NCBI GenBank assembly: GCA_036960805.1
Contig: JBALXL010000005.1
Span: 15,300-79,299 of the forward strand
Length of the DNA: 64,000 nucleotides
From: Pseudomonadales bacterium
Lineage (GTDB): Bacteria; Pseudomonadota; Gammaproteobacteria; Pseudomonadales; IMCC2047
Direction of reading: 5' to 3'
The notes under the pieces are model-generated. The model was not told the DNA's origin and made no database searches. It saw only the letters and a program-made list of their open reading frames with translations. Made by a program: the position numbers and the translations under genes. The stretch's first letter is position 1, and the number at the start of each line of letters is the position of its first letter. Below, piece by piece: positions 40,405 to 48,871 of the stretch.

Positions 40405-41145
40405 ATGAAAGACGATTTTTCTGACATAGCGGTTGGCACCTTTATTGGTGTGGGCGTAGGCCCCGGCGATCCTGAACTGATTACTTTAAAAGCGTTACGC
40501 GCTATTCGTAAGGCCGACGTGATCAGTTATATCGCCAATGATAAGGGTGAGTCACAAGCAAAATACATTGCCCGCGAGGCTTTGGAAGAAGTTAAAGATG
40601 GCCAGCAGGAAATCCCAGTATGTATGCCGATGTGCAATGATCGCAACATTGCGAACGGTGTGTACGACAAGGCTGCATCTGAGATACGCGAGCAATTGGA
40701 ACAGGGCCACAACGTGGTTTTCATTTGCGAAGGTGACCCGCTGTTTTTCGGTTCTTTCACCTATTTGCTGGAGCGCCTTGAGGATGACTGCCCTTGTCAG
40801 GTGATTCCGGGTATTTCATCGATCAATTCTGCCTCGGCGGCGCTGCGCCATCCGTTGACCATGTTGAAGGAGTCGCTGGTCGTGGTGAGTGGTCGTCATA
40901 GCGACGAGCAATTACGTGAAGCCTTGCTCCAGCACGATAGCGTAGTGATTATGAAGGCAGGTCGTGCGCGACCGCGTATTCTGGTGTTGTTGAAAGAGAC
41001 AAACCGTTTAGGTGAAGCGCGTTATCTGGAGAATATTGGTCGTCGTGACGAAATAATTTTTGAAGATATGTCAGCGCTGGACGAAGAAGAAGGCCCGTAC
41101 TTTTCGCTGTTTATCGTCACACGTTCGGAACGAGATCGTACATGA
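40405..41145 (+). CDS. cobI: Precorrin-2 / cobalt-factor-II C20-methyltransferase (CobI/CbiL)
   Basis: 246 aa tetrapyrrole methylase (GVGVGPGDPELITLKA, CEGDPLFFGSF, PGISS). Confidence 0.9.
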   Translation: MKDDFSDIAVGTFIGVGVGPGDPELITLKALRAIRKADVISYIANDKGESQAKYIAREALEEVKDGQQEIPVCMPMCNDRNIANGVYDKAASEIREQLEQGHNVVFICEGDPLFFGSFTYLLERLEDDCPCQVIPGISSINSASAALRHPLTMLKESLVVVSGRHSDEQLREALLQHDSVVIMKAGRARPRILVLLKETNRLGEARYLENIGRRDEIIFEDMSALDEEEGPYFSLFIVTRSERDRT

Positions 41146-41918
41146 TTCGTATTGTTGCACTCACCGAGAAGGGCAAAGAGCTGGCTGTTCGCCTCAAGAG
41201 TGAGTTGGTGGATGCAGAGTTGTGGTACAAACCGCAGCCCTTTACCGAAAAAGTGCAGCAAGCATTTGCGGCCGGTGAACGTTTGATTTTGATCTGCGCT
41301 ACTGGCATTGCCGTGCGCACGCTGGGACCGGTGCTAGGTAACAAACATAATGATCCGGCGGTACTCGTGCTGGATGAGTTGGGCCAGTTTGTGATTCCGC
41401 TGTTGTCGGGTCATGAAGGTGGTGCCAATGAGTGGGGCGCTCAGGTGGCAGAAAAGCTGGGTGCTCAGTTAGTGCTGACGACAGCGAAAAGTTATTTAAA
41501 ACCGGTGTACTGTGTCGGCATGGGCTGCGAGCGTGATACGCCAGTGTCGGAAATTGCGGATCTGTTCAGCGATTGTCTGCAATCGCTGGGGTTGAATATT
41601 CGCGAGTTGAGCAGCATTAACAGTATTGATATTAAAGCTGATGAAGTCGGTTTCATCGATCTGGCGCGGATCAGTAAAATCCCGTTTCTAACCTGGGATA
41701 AAGAGCAGCTTGGCACCATGGAAAGTTTGCTTAGTACGCGCTCGGATTATATTTTTAACACCGTGGGTGTCTACGGTGTGGCTGAATCGGCGGCGCTTTA
41801 TGCAGCCCAGCAAGCCAGTGGTGATTTTGAGGCAGCGCCGGAGTTGTTGCTGCCAAAACAGAAAAAAGGCCGGGTAACCTGTGCGGTTGCGCGAGCCTAT
41901 GTGAAGGATGTTAGTTAG
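41142..41918 (+). CDS. cbiG: Cobalt-precorrin-5A hydrolase CbiG (N-terminal plus C-terminal/CobE-like domains)
   Basis: 258 aa. The CbiG N-domain shows ICATGIAVRTLGP...DPAVLVLDE.G.FVIPLLSGHEGGAN. A CobE-like C-domain follows (CVGMGCERDTP..., GVYGVAESAAL). ATGA overlap with cobI. Confidence 0.85.
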   Translation: MIRIVALTEKGKELAVRLKSELVDAELWYKPQPFTEKVQQAFAAGERLILICATGIAVRTLGPVLGNKHNDPAVLVLDELGQFVIPLLSGHEGGANEWGAQVAEKLGAQLVLTTAKSYLKPVYCVGMGCERDTPVSEIADLFSDCLQSLGLNIRELSSINSIDIKADEVGFIDLARISKIPFLTWDKEQLGTMESLLSTRSDYIFNTVGVYGVAESAALYAAQQASGDFEAAPELLLPKQKKGRVTCAVARAYVKDVS

Positions 41919-41921
41919 AGA

Positions 41922-42704
41922 ATGAGTAAATTATTTGTAGTGGGTACCGGTCCTGGTGATTCTGAATTAGTAGCACCTAAAGCACGTGCCGCAATTGTGG
42001 CGAGTTCTGATCTGGTGGCCTATGGCCTGTATCTGGATTTGTTGGGTGACGTGTGTGACGGTAAAGCGCATCATGATTTGCCTTTGGGTGAAGAAATTAA
42101 TCGTGCGCGTCTGGCATTGGATTTAGCGGCTAGCGGTAAAACGACGTCGCTTGTTTCCAGTGGTGATATCGGCATTTACGCGATGGCGACGCTGGTATTT
42201 GAGTTGTTGGATCGCCAACTTCAGGGCTTGGAAGATCACCCCGAATGGTTGGATGTCGAGATTGAGGTTATCCCCGGTATTTCTGCGATGCAGGCGGGCG
42301 CTGCGCGAGTGGGTGCGTTGCTTGGGCATGACTTTTGTACGGTATCGCTGTCGGATTTGCTGACGCCATGGGAAACCATTGAGCAGCGTATTCATTGCGC
42401 AGGCAAAGGCGATTTTGTAATTTCCTTTTATAATCCGGTATCGAAAAAACGCGATTGGCAACTTAATGCAGCACGCGATATTTTGCTGCAATCTCGCCCA
42501 GCGTCAACGCCGGTATTATTGGGTCGTCAGTTAACCCGTGAAGATGAAAGCGTCACCATCACCACCTTGGGCGAGCTGGATGCCAAAGACGTGGATATGT
42601 TCACGATGGTGTCGGTGGGTAATAGCGAATCACGTCATATTGTTAATGGCAGTAAAGAGTGGGTTTATACGCCCCGTGGCTACAGCAAAAAGTTGGTGAA
42701 TTAA
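41922..42704 (+). CDS. cobJ: Precorrin-3B / cobalt-factor-III C17-methyltransferase (CobJ/CbiH)
   Basis: 260 aa tetrapyrrole methylase (LFVVGTGPGD, SSGDIGIYAMA, IPGISAMQ, SLSDLLTPWE..I). Confidence 0.9.
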   Translation: MSKLFVVGTGPGDSELVAPKARAAIVASSDLVAYGLYLDLLGDVCDGKAHHDLPLGEEINRARLALDLAASGKTTSLVSSGDIGIYAMATLVFELLDRQLQGLEDHPEWLDVEIEVIPGISAMQAGAARVGALLGHDFCTVSLSDLLTPWETIEQRIHCAGKGDFVISFYNPVSKKRDWQLNAARDILLQSRPASTPVLLGRQLTREDESVTITTLGELDAKDVDMFTMVSVGNSESRHIVNGSKEWVYTPRGYSKKLVN

Positions 42705-43493
42705 ATGACAGTCTATTTTATTGGCGCAGGCCCGGGTGATCCCGAATTAATCACAGTAAAAGGCCAGCGCCTGATTAAAGAGTCACCAGTGATTCTGTAT
42801 GCTGGCTCGTTGGTTCCTCTCGAAATCCTCGATATTGCCGAGGGCCGAGCCGAGAAAATCATCGATACCGCTTCCATTGATCTCGACGAGATCATGGTGC
42901 ATATCGAAGCTGCGCATGCTGAAGGCAAAGATGTAGCACGAGTGCACTCTGGCGATCCTTCCGTGTACGGCGCGATTGGCGAGCAGATCCGCCGATTGGA
43001 GCAACTGGGTATCGATTTCGAAGTGATTCCTGGCGTTACAGCGACTTCTGCATCTGCCGCGTGGTTGGGCAAAGAGCTTACGCTGTCAGAAGTTTCGCAA
43101 ACGATCATCATGACTCGCTACGAAGGTAAAACGCCATTCCCGGAACGAGAGCGTTTGCCAGAATTGGCACGCAGTGGCGCAACTTTGGCTATTCATTTGG
43201 GCATTAATCGAATCCATAAAATTGTTGAAGAACTTATTCCACATTATGGCGAAGATTGTCCGGTAGCCGTGTGTTATCGAACCTCCTGGCCTGATCAGGA
43301 TAAGGTAATCGGCACCCTGACGGATATCGTTGCTAAAGTTCGCGAGAAAAAATTTACTCGGACAGCGCTGATTCTGGTCGGCCATGTGCTGGACAGTGAT
43401 CAATTCCGTGACTCTTATTTGTACAGTAAAGATCAGGCGCACGTTTATCGACCCAAGGTGAAGCCTGCTGTGGCACGTACGGTTAAAAGATAA
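42705..43493 (+). CDS. cobM: Precorrin-4 / cobalt-precorrin-4 C11-methyltransferase (CobM/CbiF)
   Basis: 262 aa (VYFIGAGPGDPELITVKG, RVHSGDPSVYGA, IPGVTA). Starts immediately after the cobJ stop. Confidence 0.93.
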   Translation: MTVYFIGAGPGDPELITVKGQRLIKESPVILYAGSLVPLEILDIAEGRAEKIIDTASIDLDEIMVHIEAAHAEGKDVARVHSGDPSVYGAIGEQIRRLEQLGIDFEVIPGVTATSASAAWLGKELTLSEVSQTIIMTRYEGKTPFPERERLPELARSGATLAIHLGINRIHKIVEELIPHYGEDCPVAVCYRTSWPDQDKVIGTLTDIVAKVREKKFTRTALILVGHVLDSDQFRDSYLYSKDQAHVYRPKVKPAVARTVKR

Positions 43494-43567
43494 CAATGAA
43501 GGGCGCTCTGAAGATGAGCGATAATACATTTTCAGAAACCCAACTAATGAATTAAAGGCTTATATTT

Positions 43568-43747
43568 ATGCGTATTAGAGATGTTATTTTTGTTGCGGTA
43601 ATTGCTTTTGGCTTGTGGTTTACGTTCGTTCCAGCTGAAGTGGCTGAAAAAGCAGGCAATCCTGCTTTCGGCACTAAAGAAACAGCTGAAACTTCTACTT
43701 TAAACCAACCAACTCCAGAGATGGCCGCACCTGCAGTCGCTGAATAA
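43568..43747 (+). CDS. Candidate small membrane protein (59 aa), absent from the ORF track because it is under the length cutoff
   Basis: My own translation is MRIRDVIFVAVIAFGLWFTFVPAEVAEKAGNPAFGTKETAETSTLNQPTPEMAAPAVAE*. It is on the operon strand, has AAGG about 10 nt upstream and one TM helix, and fills the cobM-cobW gap. Confidence 0.4.
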   Translation: MRIRDVIFVAVIAFGLWFTFVPAEVAEKAGNPAFGTKETAETSTLNQPTPEMAAPAVAE

Positions 43748-43780
43748 TTTGTAAATAGAAACACTCTATTGGAAGCAACC

Positions 43781-44866
43781 ATGCAACTAAACAAAATACC
43801 CGCCACTATCGTTACCGGTTTTCTGGGCAGCGGTAAAACTACGTTATTATCGAATGTTCTGAAACAGGCGGCGGGCAAACGTATTGCCGTGATCGTTAAT
43901 GAGTTTGGCGAACTGGATATTGATGCCGACCTGCTACGCAGCTGCCCGCTTAGCTGTGATGACGAAAGCAATGAGGGTTCAACAACGCAGGGGCAGGACG
44001 GTATTTACGAACTGGCCAATGGTTGTATCTGTTGCACCGTGGAAGAAGAGTTTCTGCCAGTGATGAAGCAACTGGTGGCGCGTCGTAATGATATCGATCA
44101 CATTCTGATTGAGACCAGCGGTTTAGCGTTACCGAAACCATTGGTACAGGCGTTTAACTGGCCTGAAATCAAACAGTTCTGCACCGTTGATGCGGTGATT
44201 ACCGTGGTTGACGGGCCAGCAATCAGCGCCGGTCGTTTTGCCAGTGATGAAGCGCGTGTTGAAGCGCAACGACAGGGCGATGAAAGTCTGGATCACGATC
44301 CAAGCCTGCAGGAATTGCTGGATGATCAGCTCAGTGCTGCCGATCTGGTGGTGGTTAGTAAAAATGATCTGCTCAGCGATGCCGAACGTGAAGAGGTGAG
44401 AAAACGCATTACCGCACGTTTACCCGAGTCAGTGAAAACGGCCTACATCAGCAACGGCGAAACTCAGCTGGATGTGTTGATGGGTATTGAAGCTGCTGCC
44501 GAAGATCGTATTGATGCGGTGCATACTCACCACGATCATCACCACCATCATGGTGAGCACCATGATCACGCCCACGATCACTTTGATTCCTTTGTGATTA
44601 CCATGGATGAAGTGGAAGCCGAGCCGCTACAAACGGCGTTGAAAGGTTTGCTTGCTGAGCACAATATCTTCCGTGCGAAAGGTTTTGCAGCTTTGCCGGG
44701 TAAACCGATGCGCCAGGTATTACAGGCGGTAGGTGAACGTCTTGATGTGCATTTTGATCGCCTCTGGCAGGCCGATGAAGCACGCAAAACTAGCCTGGTA
44801 TTTATCGGTAAAGATCTTGATGAAGCCGTGGTACGTAAGGCGCTTGAAACGGCGTTGGTGGCATAA
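43781..44866 (+). CDS. cobW: Cobalamin biosynthesis GTPase / metallochaperone CobW (COG0523)
   Basis: GFLGSGKTTLL P-loop, CICCT metal motif, ETSGLA, and the His stretch HTHHDHHHHHGEHHDHAHDH. The start is ATG 43781; the track uses TTG 43769. Confidence 0.92.
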   Translation: MQLNKIPATIVTGFLGSGKTTLLSNVLKQAAGKRIAVIVNEFGELDIDADLLRSCPLSCDDESNEGSTTQGQDGIYELANGCICCTVEEEFLPVMKQLVARRNDIDHILIETSGLALPKPLVQAFNWPEIKQFCTVDAVITVVDGPAISAGRFASDEARVEAQRQGDESLDHDPSLQELLDDQLSAADLVVVSKNDLLSDAEREEVRKRITARLPESVKTAYISNGETQLDVLMGIEAAAEDRIDAVHTHHDHHHHHGEHHDHAHDHFDSFVITMDEVEAEPLQTALKGLLAEHNIFRAKGFAALPGKPMRQVLQAVGERLDVHFDRLWQADEARKTSLVFIGKDLDEAVVRKALETALVA

Positions 44867-44995
44867 CTAGATTGACATTTCGACCAGCGGGAGAGATCTT
44901 TTCGGCATAGAAAAGAAAGGTCTCTCACCGTCGCTTACCCGCAAGCGAGTACAAGCGGGATGAAACGTATTTTTAATAGGTAATAAAAGCATTCT

Positions 44996-47900
44996 ATGCA
45001 CCTACTAGCCTCAAAACCCGGTGGCTTTGTCGATGACGAAGGTATTGTTGATCTGGACCAAAGCCCCGCTGACTTGGTTATTCTATCGGCAGCGGATAGT
45101 AGTTTAGCGGCGCTGGCCGGTGCAGTTGATATCCTATCCTCAGACTTTCCTTCCGTACGGTTAGCTAACTGGATGCAGTTGGCTAAACCGGCGGCCTTTG
45201 ACCTTTACCGACACAAGGTTTTGGATCATGCCAAGGTGGTGGTGCTGTCTTTGTTGGGTGGCAAAAACTACTGGCCCTACGGTTTTGAGCAGTTGTCGGA
45301 ATGGCTTAGCGAGGCGACACCCAAAAATCCTCGTCAATTAATCATCGTACCGGGTGATGACAGCGCCGATCCTGAATTAACGCTCGCTAGCTCGGTATCA
45401 CCTGAGCAAGCACATCGAGTGTGGCGTTATCTGCGTGAAGGTGGCGTGAGCAACGCGCAGCAATTATTGAATTTCATCGGCAGTGAATATCTCGATGGCG
45501 ATTACGCCTGGGGTGAACCCCAGCAGTTGCCACCCTGTTTGATGTACATGCCGAGCTTTGGCCAAGCAACGTTGCTTGAGTGGCAGCAGCGCTGGGCTCT
45601 GAATGACGATAAGACTGAGCAGCCCGTTTGCCTACTGTTGTTTTATCGGAGTCACCTGCAAAGCGCTAATACACAGATGTTTGATGGTCTGATTGAGTGC
45701 CTCGAACAGCAAGGCTTGCACCCGTTACCTATTGCCCTGACTTCCCTAAAAGACGCCGATAGCCTGACGCTGGTTAATTCATTAATCGAGCAAACCGGTG
45801 CGAGTTTAGTCATCAATACCACCAGCTTTGCCAGTAATAGCGTGTCTACGCCTGAGCTGTCGTCACAACCCACTCTGTACGAATCATCTTTTGAAAAAGC
45901 ACTGCCAGTTTTGCAGTTAGTGCTTTCCAGCAGTACCGAAGAGGATTGGCTCGAACATAGCCAAGGCCTGCGCAGCCGCGATATTGCCATGCAGGTGGTG
46001 TTGCCGGAAATGGACGGGCGCATTATCACTCGTGCCGTCAGTTTCAAGGCCGAAAGCCACTTCTGTGAGCGAGGTGAAATTTCTGTCGTGTCCTATGCGC
46101 TGCAACCGGAGCGAGCTTCCTTTGTAGCGCAACTGGCAAAGCGTTATTGCGCGCTGACCAGTAAACCGAATGCTGAAAAACGTATCGCGCTGATGCTGGC
46201 CAATTATCCAACGCGTGATGGCCGTATCGGCAATGGCGTCGGACTGGATACGCCTGCTTCGACTATCAATATTCTGCGCGCTCTTGAGCAGGCCGGTTAT
46301 CCGATCAGTAATGTGCCGGAAACGGGTAATCAACTGATTGAAGAATTGTTGGGGGCGGTTACTAATAACCCGGCGACTTTGCATCAGTTACCCTGTTGGC
46401 AGAGCATTGCTGTTGATGAGTATTTGGCGCATTTTCAAAAGCTACCCGAAGCCTGTCAGCGTGCTGTCACTGAGCAATGGGGTGGCCCCGAGCAAGATCC
46501 TAAATGTCGGCAAGGTCGTTTAATGATTGCCGGTATTCGCCTTGGTGAAACCTTTATCGGTATTCAGCCTGCGCGTGGTTTTAATATGGACCTTCAGGCC
46601 AATTATCACGATCCTGACTTGGTGCCGCCGCACAGTTACCTAGCTTGTTATTTCTGGCTACGCGAAACCTATCAAGTTGATGCCGTTATTCATGTCGGCA
46701 AACACGGCAATTTGGAATGGCTGCCGGGCAAAGGTCTTGGCTTATCTGAAAGCTGCTGGCCAGACATTGCGCTGGGACCTATGCCGCATTTTTATCCCTT
46801 TATTGTTAATGATCCCGGTGAAGGCGCGCAGGCTAAACGCCGTGCGCAGGCGACCATTATTGATCACCTGATGCCTCCGATGACGCGTGCTGAAAGCTAT
46901 GGTGAGTTGGCCGAACTGGAAAATTTGGTGGATGAGTATTACCAAGCGCTCGGTATGGATACCCGTCGTGAAACTTGGTTGCGCGAGCAGATTCTTGAAC
47001 AGGTCAAAGTCACCCATGTGCTTGATGAACTGAGTCTTTCACCGGAGTGCGAACAGGGCGATGACGAAGTGCTTGCCGAGCTGGATGGTTATTTGTGTGA
47101 AATTAAAGAGGCGCAGATTCGTCACGGTTTGCATATTCTTGGCGAGCTGCCTGAAGACTCAAAGCTGACCGACACGGTGGTGGCGCTGTTGCGCTTGCCG
47201 CGTGGCGAAGAACCAGCCGGTTTAGGTATTTTACATGCGCTGGCAACTGATCTGGCACTGAATTGCGTTGATCCATTGGCGCTGGATGCCACTCCCTGGC
47301 TGGGCAATAAACCGCAAGTTTTAGCGGATCTGGATGACAGTGTTTGGCGCACCGGTGCTGATACCCGTGAGCGTCTTGAGCTGTTAGCCCAAAAGTTGAT
47401 AGCAGAATATGTGGTTGCTGACGGTGAGAGCGCGTCATTGGCTGTGCAACTGTCAGCAACGTATCCGCAAACCAGTCAATTATTAGCCTACGCCAAACAG
47501 GTGTTGATGGCGGCGCTGGATCAAAGTGCTTATCTTGAAATCAATGCGCTGATCGAAGGGCTTAATGGATTGTTTGTCCCTCCCGGTCCTAGCGGCGCAC
47601 CAACCCGTGGGCGACTCGATACGTTGCCCACCGGACGTAACTTCTTCTCGGTGGATAATCGCTCTATTCCTTCGCCAGCGGCCTGGGTGCTGGGACAACT
47701 TTCTGCGCAGGCCTTAATCGAACGGCATCTGCAGGAGCACGGCGATTACCCCCAACAGCTGGGCTTGTCGGTGTGGGGCACGGCCACCATGCGCACCGGT
47801 GGTGATGATATCGCGCAGGCTTTTGCGCTGATGGGTATAAAACCGATTTGGGCACAGGGTTCGCAGCGGGTGGTGGACTTTGAAATTATGCCGGCCATGT

Positions 47901-48868
47901 TGATGGGCCGACCGCGTGTCGATGTCACCTTGCGTGTGTCGGGCTTTTTCCGAGACGCCTTTCCTAATGTGATTAAACTTTTTGATGCGGCGGTACTGGC
48001 GTTGGCTGAATTTGACGAGCCGGGGCAGGATAACCGCATACGTACTCATATCGAGACAAGACAGCAAACGTTGCTGGATGAAGGGCTGACTGAAAATGAA
48101 GCGCTGCGCCAAGCCAGTTATCGTGTGTTTGGAAGTAAACCGGGTGCCTATGGCGCTGGATTACAGGGCCTAATTGATGAGCGATGCTGGGATGAACAAA
48201 GCGATCTAGCAGAAGCCTATTTAAACTGGGGCGGCTATGCCTATGGTCGCCATGACTTGTCCCCAGAGGCTGAGAGCAAAGACTTTGGAGGCATTGAAGC
48301 GCAGGGTAGTTTCCGTCATCAGTTATCGCAGTTGGAAGCGGTGGTGCAGAATCAGGATAACCGAGAACATGATTTGCTCGATTCCGATGATTATTACCAG
48401 TTTCAGGGCGGCATGACTAATGCGGTCACCGTACTCAAGGGTGATGCACCAGCGGTGTATCACAGCGATCACTCCAATCCATCGGCACCTAAAATTCGTA
48501 CATTGAAAGAAGAGCTGAATCGCGTAGTGCGTTCTCGCTTGCTGAATCCTAAATGGATAAATGCCATGCAGGAGCACGGCTATAAAGGCGCTTTTGAGAT
48601 GACCGCCAGCGTCGATTATTTATTCGCCTACGATGCCACCACTAATTTGATTGACGATTATCAGTATGAAAAAGTAGCCGATGCGCTGGTGTTTGATGAA
48701 GTTAACCAGAAATTTTTGCAGGATAATAATCCTAATGCTTTGGAAGAAATGGCTGAGCGTTTACTGGAAGCCACTCAGCGCGGTTTGTGGCAGGAGCCGG
48801 GTGAATATGCCGATCAGTTACAGAGCTTATTATTAGAGCTGGATGAGCAACAGGAAATGAGTTCGTAA
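44996..48868 (+). CDS. cobN: Cobaltochelatase large subunit CobN
   Basis: 1290 aa with a typical CobN N-terminus (MHLLASKPG...IVDLDQSPADLVILSAADS.LAALA) and CobN/ChlH-family conservation throughout. Confidence 0.97.
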   Translation: MHLLASKPGGFVDDEGIVDLDQSPADLVILSAADSSLAALAGAVDILSSDFPSVRLANWMQLAKPAAFDLYRHKVLDHAKVVVLSLLGGKNYWPYGFEQLSEWLSEATPKNPRQLIIVPGDDSADPELTLASSVSPEQAHRVWRYLREGGVSNAQQLLNFIGSEYLDGDYAWGEPQQLPPCLMYMPSFGQATLLEWQQRWALNDDKTEQPVCLLLFYRSHLQSANTQMFDGLIECLEQQGLHPLPIALTSLKDADSLTLVNSLIEQTGASLVINTTSFASNSVSTPELSSQPTLYESSFEKALPVLQLVLSSSTEEDWLEHSQGLRSRDIAMQVVLPEMDGRIITRAVSFKAESHFCERGEISVVSYALQPERASFVAQLAKRYCALTSKPNAEKRIALMLANYPTRDGRIGNGVGLDTPASTINILRALEQAGYPISNVPETGNQLIEELLGAVTNNPATLHQLPCWQSIAVDEYLAHFQKLPEACQRAVTEQWGGPEQDPKCRQGRLMIAGIRLGETFIGIQPARGFNMDLQANYHDPDLVPPHSYLACYFWLRETYQVDAVIHVGKHGNLEWLPGKGLGLSESCWPDIALGPMPHFYPFIVNDPGEGAQAKRRAQATIIDHLMPPMTRAESYGELAELENLVDEYYQALGMDTRRETWLREQILEQVKVTHVLDELSLSPECEQGDDEVLAELDGYLCEIKEAQIRHGLHILGELPEDSKLTDTVVALLRLPRGEEPAGLGILHALATDLALNCVDPLALDATPWLGNKPQVLADLDDSVWRTGADTRERLELLAQKLIAEYVVADGESASLAVQLSATYPQTSQLLAYAKQVLMAALDQSAYLEINALIEGLNGLFVPPGPSGAPTRGRLDTLPTGRNFFSVDNRSIPSPAAWVLGQLSAQALIERHLQEHGDYPQQLGLSVWGTATMRTGGDDIAQAFALMGIKPIWAQGSQRVVDFEIMPAMLMGRPRVDVTLRVSGFFRDAFPNVIKLFDAAVLALAEFDEPGQDNRIRTHIETRQQTLLDEGLTENEALRQASYRVFGSKPGAYGAGLQGLIDERCWDEQSDLAEAYLNWGGYAYGRHDLSPEAESKDFGGIEAQGSFRHQLSQLEAVVQNQDNREHDLLDSDDYYQFQGGMTNAVTVLKGDAPAVYHSDHSNPSAPKIRTLKEELNRVVRSRLLNPKWINAMQEHGYKGAFEMTASVDYLFAYDATTNLIDDYQYEKVADALVFDEVNQKFLQDNNPNALEEMAERLLEATQRGLWQEPGEYADQLQSLLLELDEQQEMSS

Positions 48869-48871
48869 TAC

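Noticed and set aside
43552-43971. 139-aa minus-strand ORF spanning the cobM-cobW gap
   Set aside because: It is antisense to the start of cobW and to the whole operon, and its Ser/Leu/Ala-rich composition is typical of a shadow ORF. The + strand 59-codon ORF explains the gap better.
44872-44900. Perfect TTGACA -35 hexamer after the cobW stop as an internal cobN promoter
   Set aside because: With 17-nt spacing the -10 position reads GATCTT, a poor match. There is no support beyond a single hexamer.
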